From Octopus bimaculoides (Eukaryota): a stretch of 64,000 nt of DNA. Numbering within the stretch: position 1 is the first letter of the stretch; each line of letters opens with the position of its first letter. Below, piece by piece: positions 1 through 13,736 of this stretch. The notes beneath the pieces were generated by a model that searched no databases, was not told the DNA's origin, and saw nothing but the letters and a program-made list of their open reading frames with translations. The stretch covers positions 12,679,187 to 12,743,186 of the forward strand of contig NC_068982.1 of the NCBI RefSeq assembly GCF_001194135.2, written 5' to 3'. Made by a program: the position numbers and the translations under genes.

Positions 1-77
<77 letters not shown>

Positions 78-686
78 TTTAGAAATACGTGCATACATGC
101 ATTCATATATCAATATATATATATACATATATACATATGTATGTATGTATGTATATATAGTATTTATTATCAATGGTGACTATTTACTTCAGAGTTTTGC
201 CAATTATGGCTTCTCAAAAAGTATTTCAAGAAGCCAAAATCATGATAACTTTGAAGTAAACAATTGGCATTAATAATAACTACTGTTAAGTACTGTTTTA
301 TAAGCAGTATTGATTCCTAGATTCACGGCATGTTCAGTGTAGTATATAGCACAAATAAAACAAGCAATTATATGGAGGTATGTATGAATGAACGTATACA
401 TACATACACACATGCAGACATACAGACATACAAGCATGTGTGAGTGTAATAAAATAATTCATAACATTGCTTTTTCAGAAAATGAAAAGACAGTTTCACC
501 ATTCCATTTTATTATTATTTTTTTTCACATTAGCAACAGTTTCAGCTTTAGAATAATACTATGTTGGGTGCATAAGATCGTAACTCCATGCATGTATGAT
601 ATTTTCTGTGAGAAATATTTTTTTCAAAACTATTGTATGTGGGACTTACTACACTTTTACAAAATGCTAAACCATTGTACTACACA

Positions 687-868
687 GTTCTATATTTAAG
701 AGATGAGGAATTATGTACCTTATTTACATTATTTACATTTGATGGATATTTGTCCTCATCTTGTTTGTTGTTAACACAACGTTTTGGCTAATATACCCTC
801 CAGCCTTCATCAGGTGTCTTGGGGAAATTTTGAACCTGGGTTCCCATTCCTAAGGTATTTTTTGATGC

Positions 869-905
<37 letters not shown>

Positions 906-1046
906 TTGATAACAACATCGAAAAATACCTTAGGAATGAGAACCCAGGTTCGAAATTTCCCCAAGACACCTGATGAAGGCTGGAGGGTTAACAACAAACA
1001 AGATGAGGACAAATATCCATCAAATGTAAATAATGTGAATAATGTG
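687..1046. mobile_element. Inverted (head-to-head) dimer of Penelope-like hammerhead-bearing tails, no tRNA head
   Basis: The left arm (minus, 687-869) and right arm (plus, ~905-1046) are reverse complements around a (TAA)n centre. Flanked by the direct repeat GTACTACAC at 677-685 and 1047-1055. Confidence 0.8.
773..818 (-). ncRNA. Degenerate minimal type I hammerhead ribozyme motif
   Basis: Minus strand reads GACAC-CTGATGA-A-GGCTG..TAGCC-AAAAC-GTT-GTGTT; the GAAA core is mutated to AAAA. Confidence 0.5.
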
Positions 1047-1814
1047 GTACTACACTTTGAAAATTTTCATATCTTGGCATCGGAAAGCAGCTGCAGATAC
1101 GATAGATTGACCAAAAGAATAGGCTATTGCAAGCAAAATTAAATATTGGAAAAATCTCATTTGGCCAAATTTGGACATACGACAGTTTAACATAATAGCA
1201 ACAATATTTTTGTACTTGTTCTACATTTTTGAATTGCAAAATAACAAAGCAGCTGAGGGGAGGTTGGGGATCTGAAAATGTTTTCCATTGGTACTAATTA
1301 CAATTTGTCTAAGAAATTTATACATACACTCTTCATATTATTCCATAGCCATTAATTTAAAATTCTGCAGTCAGCTCTAATTTATGGTGCTGTTGACGGC
1401 AGATTACTCCAAGTCTGTTTTGTGGTGTAATAAAAATGCTAATAACATTGCCAGTTTCCAACAGCTCATGTACAGATGCTTTTGTGTGTCTTCTATGTTT
1501 GAACATAGCATGATGAAGCTTGTTGTTATATATATTGATGTTTTAACTACACACATTAATGATAATTCTATGGTATCCTCTCTAAATCCATTTGTAACTT
1601 TGCTTCAGGCATTTTTCCTAATCTTAAAGAATGAGTATAATCATCATAAGGTTCCAGATGGAATATTGTTGTGGTAATTTGTTTTAATTCATATTCCATA
1701 AGACCACTGGGATTTAAAAACTAATTGGTTGTATTGAAAATATAGAGAAAGAAAGTATAATAAAAACATCAGTAGCAGAGTTTGAATCGCTGCTATTATT
1801 TCTTATAGCTGAGC

Positions 1815-1851
<37 letters not shown>

Positions 1852-2430
1852 TGGTAGAGAAAAACTGACTGTAGCATTTTGACATGTAATTATGTAGAAA
1901 TGTCTCCAGATAATTTAGTTGTGTTGAAACTAACTTATTTGAATTTAATCATATAAAATAGTAACAGACTGTGAATAATGTGACTTTAAAATCATTGAAA
2001 TATTGAAAACAACTTATAATAAATGGAGCCCATAGACTCATAGAAAGATAATACAACGTCAATATAGGAAAACATTTTTATTTAATTCTCAAAGGTTTTA
2101 TAGAAAACCAGACTTTTATTATTATTATTATTTCATGTCCATATCAAATTATTCTGTATATTCACTAAAATGTTGCACATTCTTTGCATTATTTCCTTGA
2201 ATCATTTACACAAGAGGAATCCAATAATGGGAAAAACCAGTCGATGACTCATAATATGCATTGTTTCAAAGGGATTCCACATTAAAGATTCTACATTAGG
2301 CCCCTATTTTACACAGTATCTTATAATCTAATTTATGTTGAAGAATATTTTCTGTTTTATCATAAACAGTATCTCTTAATAAAAGACCTCTCCAAAAAAG
2401 AATTAAAATATTATTGAGAGAAATATATAT

Positions 2431-2807
2431 GTTCTTTTATTCTTTTATTTGTTTCAGTCATTTGACTGTGGCCATGCTGGAGCACTGCCTTGCAGGGTTT
2501 TAGTTGAAAAAATCGACACCAGGACTTATTTTTTTCAAAGCTTGGTACAAATTCTATTAGTTTCTTTTGCCAAACTGCTAAGTTATGGGGACATAAACAC
2601 AACAACACCGGTTGTCAAGTGGTGATGGGGGAAAACACAGACACACACACACATACAAAGATATACATACATATATATACACGATGGGCTTCTTTTAGTT
2701 TCTGTCTACCAAATCCACTCACAAGGCTTTGGTTGGCCCAAGGATGTAGTAGAAGACACTCGCCTGGAACCATGTGGTTAGGAAGCAAGCTTCTTACCAC
2801 ACAGCCA
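2431..2807 (-). mobile_element. tRNA-derived SINE (family 1, with internal microsatellite)
   Basis: Reverse complement of the 16601, 29206 and 60632 copies, with an internal deletion. Confidence 0.8.
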
Positions 2808-2859
2808 TATATCATCATCATCATCATCATCATCATAATCATCATCATCATCATCATCA

Positions 2860-2890
<31 letters not shown>

Positions 2891-2917
2891 TGTCATCCAC
2901 ATCATCCTCCTCATCAT

Positions 2918-3100
2918 CATTTAACATCCATTTTCCATACTGGCATGGCCTGGATGGTTTGGCAGGAGATGACCAAGATCCAGCTGTCTCTTTTGCCATG
3001 GTTTCTACGACTGAATGCACTTCCTAATGTCAACCAATTTACATTGGGTACTGGGTGCATTTTTTTATGTGGCACCAGCACCAGTGGGGTTGCCAAGTAA
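2918..3100 (-). mobile_element. RTE LINE-type 3' tail fragment
   Basis: Matches the tail that follows RTE ORF sequence at 33098-33820; ends in (GAT)n. Confidence 0.7.
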
Positions 3101-3486
3101 CTTGCAAGGCACACACATACATATATCATGATGATGATGATCATCATCATCACCATCGTTGTATAACCTTCACCTTACCATGCTTTTATGAATTAGATCA
3201 AATTTGTTGTGGCAGATTTTCTATGGCCGGACCCCTTCCTGTCACCAACCCTCACCCATTTCCAAGGGAGGTAGTGTTTTCCCATGACCAGAAATGCTTC
3301 TCACAGAAGACTGGAAATGAATAACATTTCTTGCATACATTCAATATGATTTCAAATTTTGTTTTATAATAATATTCTGCTGAATGATCAGATTCCCTTG
3401 ATATCTTATCATTAATTCCTCATTAGATAAATGCTACAATTTTTAATTTGTATTTTGTTCTTCATATTACAGAAATTTGCTAAGAT

Positions 3487-3700
3487 GGTGAGTGGTGAGC
3501 TAGCAGAACCATTAGCATGAATGGCAAAATGCTTAGCATTTTGTTTGTCTTTATGTTCCGAGTTTAAATTCCGCCGAGATTGACTTGGCCTTTCATCCTT
3601 TAAGGGTTGATAACTTAAGTACCAGTTGAGCACATGGGTCCATGTAAGCAACTTACCCCTCTCAAGAAATTGCACCAAAATTTGAAACCAGTATTACAGA
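3487..3700 (+). mobile_element. tRNA-derived SINE (family 3)
   Basis: B-box-like GAGTTTAAATTCC followed by GACTTGGCCTTTCATCCTTT; homologous to 3735-4135, 29620-29820 and 34560-34785. Confidence 0.7.
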
Positions 3701-3734
3701 ACTTTGCTAACGGTACTGAGGAGGGCCAATAATC

Positions 3735-4135
3735 TTTTCTAATCTAGGTACAAGGTCTGAAATTTTGGAGGGGGGAGCCATTCGATTAGATCGACCCCAG
3801 TATGCAACTGGTACTTAATCTATCGACCCCAAAAGGATGAAAGGCAAAGTCAACCTTGTTGGAATTTGAATTCAGAATGTAAAGACAGACGAAATACTGT
3901 TATGCATTTTGCCCAGTGTGCTAACGTTACTTATTTCTTTATTGCCCACAAGGGGCTACACAGAGAGGACAAACAAGGACAGACAAACGGATTAATTCGA
4001 TTAGATCGACCCCAGTATGCAACTGGTACTTAATTTATCGACGCTAAAAGGATGAAAGGCAAAGTCGACCTAGGTGGAATTTGAACTCAGAAAGTAAAGA
4101 CAGATGAAATACTGCTAAGCATTTTGCCTGGTGTT
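3735..4135 (-). mobile_element. Two adjacent SINE family 3 copies
   Basis: The block CGATTAGATCGACCCCAGTATGCAACTGGTACTTAAT...GGATGAAAGGCAAAGTC occurs twice (~3782 and ~3998). Confidence 0.75.
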
Positions 4136-4282
4136 GATTCATTCAAATAAAATTCTTCAAGGCATTGCTCCAGCACGGCCACAATCTAATGACTTAAGCA
4201 AATAAAAGAGAAACAACGAAGGTTACTAGGTACCTGACTGAACTGTCAGTTGGTAAGAACCTATTATACCAATAAAAATATA

Positions 4283-5181
4283 CATAGTCTGATCAAAACG
4301 TATCCGGACTGTTGCTATAGTAACAAAACTAAAGCACATAGAGTAAAGCTGCTTGACACAGATTAACCTTGAACTCTTTTGTGCATGCACACTAAGTTTG
4401 AACGCTCCGGCTTACTTCTGCTGTTTACAGCAGTGCTTGGAAGGAGGGTGTGTAGTGTGTGATTATCACATTGCCCATGACACAGAAAGTTGAGTAGAGA
4501 ATCTGCATCAAATTTTGCCAAAAGCTTGGTGATACCTGCTCAGAGGCTTATGCAAAGTTTTCAAAAAGTTTTCATCATCCTCGACACAATCAAGGAGATC
4601 TTGTGCAACTGAAACCCGAGTGTCTTTTGGGTCAGCTGACAGCAGTCTCGGTGCAAACTTGACAGACATGCGTCTCATACCCAAATCTTCAGTGATAATG
4701 GGTTGATCAGAACTGTAACTAATCTGCCCATCCTCTCATAACTCATGACTCACAGATGGTGTTTGGACGATTTCCCCTCCCAGGTGCACGCAAATCTGCG
4801 ATGCTTTTCTCAGTTCTGCTTGATTGTGGGTCTCCCAGAATGTTTGTCAATATTGACATTTTTTCGGTCATCTTGGAAACGTCTGAACCCCTTGTACACT
4901 TGTGTGTGACTCATACACTCCTCTCTATACACTTTCTGCAGCTTTGTATAGACCTCTGAGCAGATATCGCCATGACAACTTTCTCATGGACAATGCGACG
5001 ATCACACGCTACACACCTTCCTTCCAAGCACTGCTATAAACAGCGAAAATGAGCTAGAATGTTAAAACTTAGTGCACATGCACAGCAGCAGGCAAGGTCA
5101 ATCTGTCCCAGGCGGTTTTACTCTCTGTGTTTTAATCTTGTTACTATAGCAACAGTCCGGATACTTATTGATCAGACCTCA
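4283..5181. mobile_element. Non-autonomous mariner derivative made of two inverted 5' ends
   Basis: TA at 4281-82 and 5182-83. Terminal inverted repeats (GTCTGATCAAAACGTATCCGGACTGTTGCTATAGTAACAA vs its reverse complement) extend ~270 nt. Plus arm encodes MTQKVE*RICIKFCQKLGDTCSEAYAK; minus arm encodes ...EDLGMRRMSVKFAPRLLSADPKDTRVSVAQDLLDCVEDDENFLKTL, a mariner N-terminal/linker region. Confidence 0.85.
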
Positions 5182-5861
5182 TATACAAAGATTCATGCAA
5201 CTTCATCTTTTAAATATGCTATCATGTCACAACAATTTTTACAGGCAAAAAACAATTTTTTGCACATAAAACAAAAATCGATGTGTGTGTGTCAGGGTTA
5301 CATTCCAAGAACACGGTGTAGAGGTTATAAAATATTAAAAATCTCATGCTGAAAGTAATAATGTACTTTATGGTATTTTTGCAATGTTACATGTTTAATT
5401 ACGCTTTTGGATTTTCATTAACGATATCAGTTCATGTATTCACTCTCTCATTTAAAATAGTGAATAAGTTGACTCACTGAAGCTCTGTCCCAAGCAGAAA
5501 ATTATTTCGCAATTCCAAGTTTCAGATTAACCAGAGACAGTTGTTGAGTCAGAAATTATTTTTAATTTTCTCATCTTTTTTTTCTTTCTCAAATTTGATT
5601 TCTATGATAGAAAATTAGAATTTCCTTTAAAAGTACATCATATGGCTGAATTTGACTAGTTTGACCTTCAGAATCTTAAATGAATTATTTCTATTTTAAA
5701 GTTGTTTTAGAGTTACCTTAAAACAAAGATGCAGCCGTAGCTAAGTGGCTATGTAGCTCACTTTAATAATAATATCAGGGTTGATCCCACTGTACCCCAA
5801 CATGGACAAATGTATTCCATCATTGCTTTGGAATGACCGTCATCCTTATCACCATCATCAT

Positions 5862-6360
5862 CATCGTTTAACATCCGCTTTCCATGCTGGCATGCGTTGG
5901 ACGGTTTGACTGAGGACTGGCAAGCCAGGAAGCTGCACCAGGCTCCAATTTGATTTGGATGCCCTTCCTAATGCCAACCACTCTGAGAGTGTAGTCGGTG
6001 CTTTTTACGTGCCACTGGCACGAGGGTCAGTCCAGCAGTACTGGCAATGGCCATGCTCAAATGGTGTATTATATGTGCCACCTGCACAGGAGTCAGCCAA
6101 TGTTTTCTTCACATGCAACTGGCACAAGTGCTAGTAAGGCAAAGCGGGAAATGATCGCGCTCAAATGGTGCTTTTTACGTGTCACCGGCATGGGAGCAAG
6201 ATTGCTGCACTGGCAGTGATACCGCTTGGATGGTGCTGTTAGCGCTCCACTGGCACGGGTGCCAGCCATCAAATTTGGTTCAGTTTTGATCTCACTTGCC
6301 CCAACAAGTCTTCATAACCTGAGTTTAGTGTCCAATGAGGGATGGTTGGCATGGGTGCCA
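5862..6360 (-). mobile_element. RTE LINE 3' UTR fragment with internal minisatellite
   Basis: (ATC)n tail, CCATGCTGGCATG and GGATGCCCTTCCTAATGCCAACCAC motifs; repeated GTGCTTTTTACGTGCCACTGGC units. Confidence 0.75.
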
Positions 6361-7370
6361 CTCAATATGCTCAATATGATATAATTTTAAAAGCTGTCTT
6401 CAAATATTTAATATTTGTAAGCATGCATTCACTATATTATACTGCCATTGCTATTAATGTTAACGGTACCAAATACTTCCTACCATCTCCCTTTTGTACT
6501 GCAAATCATCCCTTCTCCTTCTTCGTGTCACATTTTATTGACAGTCACCACCTACTCTCCCCATTGTCCATATCTATTTGCAATCCATCTTGCTCTCTCC
6601 CTATCCACCAATCTCCCGCTTCAGTCACCCTCTTTCTGACACATGAAACCCTTCCTCTGCCCTTCCACTATCATTACCCTCTCTCCTGTTCACCTTTTCA
6701 GTCAATTGTTTTGAACAAACAAATACACCATAAACTAGCAAGAATTTCTGTGGTCCTACAGAACAAGACAACCTCACTAGAACTGCTGCTACAATAAAAT
6801 GCACCTTGTACATTCTGTGAAGTGACTGGAAAGTGAGCTGAGACAATAAAGGCTTGATCTTTTAGTCTTATCAAGGACATAACATCCTTCTTAGTGCTGA
6901 CACCGTAATAAAATGCACTTGGTGCACTTTGTAAATTGGTTAGTGATAGAAAGAGAAACCAAACCCAAAATTAAACATACAAGGAAGGCATAGTCGTTTG
7001 AGTTGTCTTGGAGATAAGTATTTCTGAATAAGAATTTACTTAGACTTTGTCGACCTGTTCATGTCATGTTAGTGAATGTAAAGTGAAGAACTATTCATTC
7101 ATACAAACATATATACATACATGCATCTATATTAACATATNNNNNNNNNNNNNNNNNNNNNNNNNNNNNNNNNNNNNNNNNNNNNNNNNNNNNNNNNNNN
7201 NNNNNNNNNNNNNNNNNNNNNNNNNNNNNNNNNNNNNNNNNNNNNNNNNNNNNNNTATACTAATAAATATATATATATATATAAATATACTAATAAATAT
7301 ATATATAATATAAACAGTGTTTACGTATACATACATATAAACATACATATATATATGTATATATATATAA

Positions 7371-7404
<34 letters not shown>

Positions 7405-7765
7405 TGAGAGATAAATATTAAGATTGTTCAAAAGCTACTTGAAACTGAAATATAGGAATGGAAATGTAAGTAAGGAAGAGAGAACAACAGTTTATACTTT
7501 GCCTCATATTTCTATGTAGAGGGCGAGGGTGTTAATAGCCTTTCATTTTGCTGAGATACGTAGGATGGGGTTTCTGACATGCACAAAATGGCCTTGTTAC
7601 AATAACCAATCTGAAATATTGAAATACAAGGTGAAGTGCAAACTGATACTGTTGTTCCATCTTCTTTACTTTCATTGCGTCATCTCAATTTATTGTATTA
7701 GATTTTGAACAATTTCATCTTTAGATATCCCACAGTGTTTCATTCATACTACACAGTAAGATAAA

Positions 7766-7822
<57 letters not shown>

Positions 7823-7959
7823 AATATACAGGGATTAGCATTGAGTTGCTTCTCCAACATACTGAAAATTTAGAAATAGCAGTCAAAGAACTACTGATTC
7901 TAAACTACAAATTTTTCTCTAAGCGGATGGCGATATTTATGGCACACATAGAACAAAAA

Positions 7960-8050
7960 ACCGGAGGGAAAAGCATAAACAAAACAAGTCTTTAGTTAAT
8001 CGGATACGACCGTTTCATGGTTAAGAGAATGAAAATTTCTCTATTCCAAA
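7960..8050 (-). mobile_element. Penelope-like terminal fragment with a half hammerhead motif
   Basis: Minus strand CCAT-GAAAC-G-GTC-GTATCC at 8020-8002; the CUGAUGA half is absent. Confidence 0.4.
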
Positions 8051-8083
8051 TATATATATATATATATATCATCATCATCATCA

Positions 8084-8895
8084 TTTAATGTGCGTTGTCC
8101 ATGCTGGCATGGGTTGGATGGTTTGACTGGGGGCTGCTCCAGACTCCAGTCTGATTTGGCATAGTTTCAACAGCTAGATGCACTTCCTAATGCCAACCAC
8201 TCCATGAGTGTAATGGGTGCTTTTATGTGTCACTGGCACAGGTGCCATTTGTGTGACACCAGTATCTGCTACAACTGTGATTTTACTTGACTTGATGGGT
8301 CTTCTTCTGAAGCAAGACATAATGACAAAAGTCTTGGTCATTCGTCATTCCCTCTGTGAGGCCCCAATACCCAAAAAGAGCTTTTCCCATGCCAGTGGTC
8401 ACTTTGCCTCCGTGAGGCCCAACACTTGAAAGGTGCTTTTTACGTGCCAGTTACATGACACCAGCATCAGCCACAACTGGCTTGATGGGTCTTCTCAAGC
8501 ACAACATAATGCCAAAGGTCCCAGTCTTTCCTCACCTTATCCCATGTCTTTCTGGGTCTACCTCTACCACAGGTTCCATCCACAATTAGAGATTGGCATT
8601 TCTTTACACAGCTGTCCTCGTCCGTGCACATCACATGACCATACCAGCACAGTCATCTCTCTTGCACACCACATCTGGTGCCTCTTATGCCCAACGTTTC
8701 TCTGAACATGCTTACACCCTGTCATACATGCACACTGACATTGCATACTGGTTTCATTTCTTTCAAGCCTACATATATCCTTGGATGTCTCAGCCCACGT
8801 TTCACTGCCATGCAGCATAACTGTTTGTACACAGGCATCATACAATCTGCCTTTCACTCTGAGAGAGAGACCCTTTGTCACCTTTCTTACTCATT
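8084..8895 (-). mobile_element. 5'-truncated RTE-clade LINE (RT C-terminus plus 3' UTR)
   Basis: ORF 8564-8881 KGRLYDACVQTVMLHGSETWA...RLERNE is typical of RTE ORF2 downstream of the RT core; followed by the shared 3' tail and (ATC)n. Confidence 0.85.
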
Positions 8896-9091
8896 TGGTA
8901 TGTGATATCCTTTAAAATCAGGTTAGAACTAAAGCAGTTGTATCATTGTAGATGTTTTGTAGCCAATAAAAAACATAAAACACACATACCTACTGCCATA
9001 TTCACTTTTACTTTATTATCGTCTTGCATATATACATACATGCAGATATATATACATACATATATATATACATATATGTATATATGCATAC

Positions 9092-9178
<87 letters not shown>

Positions 9179-10289
9179 TCAATATATAAATATACATACA
9201 TATGTACATACATATATACACCCCCCACACACATATATATATATATGCATATGTACATGCATATAAATACATGCATACTTATATGTGTGGTGTTTATGCG
9301 TGTGTGTGCGTGTGTGTGTATGTGTGTGTGTATGCATGTGTGTGTGTATGTGTATAAATATGAATAAAGAATAATGAGTTAAGAAAGATCAATGATTTCA
9401 TTTTCGTCATTTGCTGAAATTTCTCATTGAGAAGAAAAAAAAAAAAAAAAGAAATACGACAGATATTTTAGTCAATTGGATTATCATCTAAAAATAAGTA
9501 AAATTGTACTAAAATATGTAGAAATTCTTGAATAGAAAGCTTCTGTATTCAAAGGGTATATAGTACATTACCAGAGAGGTTACACATATAAATAACATGA
9601 ATATGGAAAAAAAAAACCCAACAAAAAAAAAACAAATTAAAACTTAGGGATTATTTGCTGTATTTTTAATGTTTATATTGATTCCTTGAATTATGATATT
9701 TTTGTTGTATTTCACAACAAGATCACAATGTAAAATTGAAAAGAATTGAATAGATGTTTTCTACATTTTTTGTGTTTGTATTTTTTAAGTCAACAGTGAG
9801 AGAGACATCTGTCAAATGATATTATCTTGTTTACATGTAGATGGACTAAAAAAAAAAAACAACACAAAGGTATATATATATACAGATAAGATGCTTTATG
9901 TTATCTACATAAAAAGAAGCTTGCTTCTGAATTCAAATTCCATTGAGGTTTAACTTTCTTTGTCTTTCATACCTTTGACAAAGATAAGCATCAATAATAT
10001 TCTGGCATTATGGTATGTAAACGATTCTACAATTCCTTATAAATTGCCTATTCTGTATTACTCACCCTATGCACACAGTATTATGTTTATCTTGTGACCA
10101 TCCCTTTTTCACAAGGGTGTTTAGTGCTAAATTACCTAATATGTTGCTTCCTTTCTTTTTCAAGATTTGAGAAAAATATAGAATGAAGTACTTAAGGATG
10201 ACTGCCTGATGCTGAACAAGATGACAAAGGAGTGAGATGTTTGGTGCCTTGCTGTACTCAAGAAGACTCATTCCCCACTGTAGAAGAGT

Positions 10290-10554
10290 TAAGGCAACTC
10301 CCCCTGGTGAAGAGGACTGACCTGCAAGAGTAATGTGCTGGTGTCACGTAAAAAGCACTCCTGCCGGTGCCGCATTAGAGTGCTTGTATGATGTCATGTT
10401 AAAAGCACCCAACGCACACACACTGTAATGTGGTTGGTGTTGGGAAGGGCATTGAGCTGTAGAAACCAAGTCAAATCAGACTACATCTTGGTGCAGCTTT
10501 TCAGCTTTGGTCAGAATGTCCAACCCATACCTGTATGGAAAGCAAATGTTAAAA

Positions 10555-10601
<47 letters not shown>
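10290..10601 (+). mobile_element. RTE-type 3' tail ending in (GAT)n
   Basis: GGAAGGGCAT..GCTGTAGAAAC..ATGGAAAGCAAATGTTAAAA followed by a (GAT)n run. Confidence 0.75.
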
Positions 10602-10602
<1 letters not shown>

Positions 10603-11837
10603 CTGGTAGATATAATGGACTACTCCTTTCCTGAAAAGTTTGTGAGACTTGTACTTATGTTATAAATTTTTGTTTATTATTTAATAATACTTATCTTTTT
10701 CTGGATTTATTAATTAATATCTGAAATTAATATATTCTCATAAATTCACTATATATTGGACAAATTGCTTTAAAAAGTTGTTTGTTGGTCTGGGAATGTT
10801 GATTTTCACAGAATTGTTGCTTCTAAATATTTCAGAAAATTGTCCAATATGACCTTCTTTAAAATGCACAAAAAATAAAGAACCTAAAAGAAAATTTTAC
10901 TCTAACATTTTTAGAAAATATTTTACAAATTTTCTGTCAGGAAAAAAGCATATTTTTCAAATCAGTAAACTTTTCCAATGTTTGTTTCATTACTTGGGGA
11001 TATACAATATTCATAGATATTATGTTAGGAGCTAAAGAAAAACGAATTTCCGCTACCTAAGTGCAAAACTATGGCCTGCAACTTAGAACAGATTTTCTGC
11101 TTTTTCACTATTAAATGCTGGATACTTTTCTTTCAACTAATTTTTTGGTGGAGTGATGTAGGGAAGTATGGGGGTAAATTTCTGTGTGCAAGACAACAAA
11201 GTGAGTATGTATGGCACAAGTATTTATTTTACTCACTCATGACAGATATATGACAAAGTCATCCCAGTGGGTTTTGAAAAAAGTCATAGAACTAGAGTAA
11301 AACTAGAAATCTTAATGTACTGCTTCATATAACGGCAATTCACATTCTGTAGCTTCTCACTTCCCAGTCCTTGTGTCATAAAAAAAAAAGAGAATATAAA
11401 AATTACAGTCTGGTTCTCTACTAATGTCAAGAAATAATGTATAATACTAATAATTGTTATATCTAAAATAAGCACCAACCATGAAGAATATGATACATTC
11501 TTCATGAATTGAGTTTATAACTTGGTTATATGAGCTGAAACTTTCCTTTTTGTTGCTCAATTATTTTAGCAAAGTAGAAACATTTCATTTTCCTTTCTGC
11601 TATAAATCTAAAACTTTCAGACTTTAGGAGAAAGTTATATGGATAATGTTGATTATTTCAAGTTGTAAGTTGACTGGGTATTTAGCTTATATTTAATATC
11701 TTCAATAATTTTGCTTGGTATATTTTCACATATATGGAAAAACAGTAAACTTACACTCATCTTCAGTATACCCAGCTGCAAGAGTCTAGCAGAGGAGATA
11801 CCAAAAATTTGAAGAAAATATCCACGAAAACTGTTAA

Positions 11838-12048
11838 CCCTTTTGTTGCTGTATTTATTATTAGTTTCTTTCGATTATTTTAAATACAACAAAGAATTTA
11901 GTATAATAACTTAGTCATCATTCAGCTAGTGTTAGGAACATAAATTGTGACTAAGGTTTGGTGGAAGATTTTAATCCAGAACTTTTGAAAACAAGACATT
12001 TGTACTACAGAGCCAGAGGTGGTTTCAGACAGGTTGGTATCAAAAGGG
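11838..12048. mobile_element. piggyBac-type MITE, copy 1
   Basis: TTAA-CCCTTTTG ... CAAAAGGG-TTAA, with TTAA at 11834-37 and 12049-52. Confidence 0.8.
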
Positions 12049-12068
12049 TTAAATTAATCATTTGTTAA

Positions 12069-12287
12069 CCCTTTTGTTACTGTATTTCTGTTGAGATGTT
12101 CTGTGTTTCAGTTAAATTAAATATAACAAAGAATTTAGTAAAATAACTTAGTTATCATTAAGCTAGCATTAGGAAAATAAATTGTGACTAAGGTTTGATG
12201 GAAAATTTTAATTCAAAACTTATAAAAATCAAGACATTTGTACTATAGAGCCAAAGCATGGTCTAATTTTTGTTGGTAATGAAGGGG
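12069..12287. mobile_element. piggyBac-type MITE, copy 2
   Basis: TTAA-CCCTTTTG ... GAAGGGG-TTAA; internal sequence homologous to copy 1 in the same orientation. Confidence 0.75.
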
Positions 12288-13696
12288 TTAAAGAAACTAA
12301 CAGAAATTAGACCTGGTAACTGGTTAGGAAAAAAACAAAGTTCAGCAAAAGCATTAATGACCCTAATCCTTGGTGGTGGTGGTGGTGAATGAGATGAGCT
12401 ATTCCTTTATACAGAACCACACACAAACCCACCACCATCACCATGCTTTCTAGCTGGGACTGGTGCATTTATTTTGGGGGGCACCCAGTAATCATCATCA
12501 TCTTACTCAGTAGTACTGACTGAACTGCAATGCTCAGTTTAGAATCACTTTCACTTTCAGTATCTCTATCTTCCTTGCGAATAATGACTATTTTGATAAA
12601 ATACTTCAGAAGAATATTTTTACCCTTATAGGTATAACATTACGTAATTTTTCATCAAGGTCTAGAGAAAAGTTTAAAAAAAAAAAGGCATAAAGTAATG
12701 AGGAATGAAGTTTGAAAATCTTCATATAATTTTTTATATATTTAGTTTTAACTTTTTATAATATAAAACTAATTATAAATATCTTCTCTAAACATCGATA
12801 ACAAAATAATCTCTCTTCCACTTATTCTATTATTTTATAGGTAGAGATTAGAGATCAACACACAAAATTTTGTGTTATTAGTTGTAGCTGATTAAAGATA
12901 TTCCATTGTGGACCATCAAGATTTAATGTCAGATTAGATTATCCAATATAAACATACTTCCTTTTACTTTTTGTATTTTCATATAGTAGGGTGTGACCGG
13001 AAGGGAGTAATTTCATTGCTATTTCTTGCACCTCAAGTAACCTCAAAGAGGTCTTCTTATCTAGTTGGCTCTTATAAATTATCTAGAATGTAATAGCAGA
13101 AGTAATGCTTAATTTTATTGATGATATTAATAGCAATTATATTATTGATATTTCAGTCATGTTTCAGTGAGTAATGTTTACTCAAGCGTAAAAATAAAAA
13201 TTCATGCAGCTGTCTAAATTTTTCGAAACCTTCAATTCTTGTCAGAAATCAGAATGTCAAATGATCAAAGTCATCATCATGTTGGTTATATTTTTAGAAT
13301 ATCAGAGAAATATGCTGCTACATGTTCTATTAAGTAATGTAAAATAAGAAATAACAAACAAAACAAAACAAAACCAAAACAAAAAAAGCTTCCTAATACT
13401 CTCTATACTGCTGTCAGCAAGTTATTGGTTTTACTCTTTGCTTTAAAGTCTTGCTGCATTAATTCACTTTAAAAATGTTCTATAAAACAACCTAGTGCAA
13501 AAGCATAGTTTGTTTTTATCATATAATTTTATCAGTATTTCCATGCACAAAATCATGCACACACATGCTAACACACATACTCACACACGTGCACACATAC
13601 ACACACACACTCCACACACATACCTACTCACAAACACACAATCCTATACATATATGTATGTGTATGAGTGTGTGAGCATGCATATTTATATGAGTA

Positions 13697-13736
<40 letters not shown>

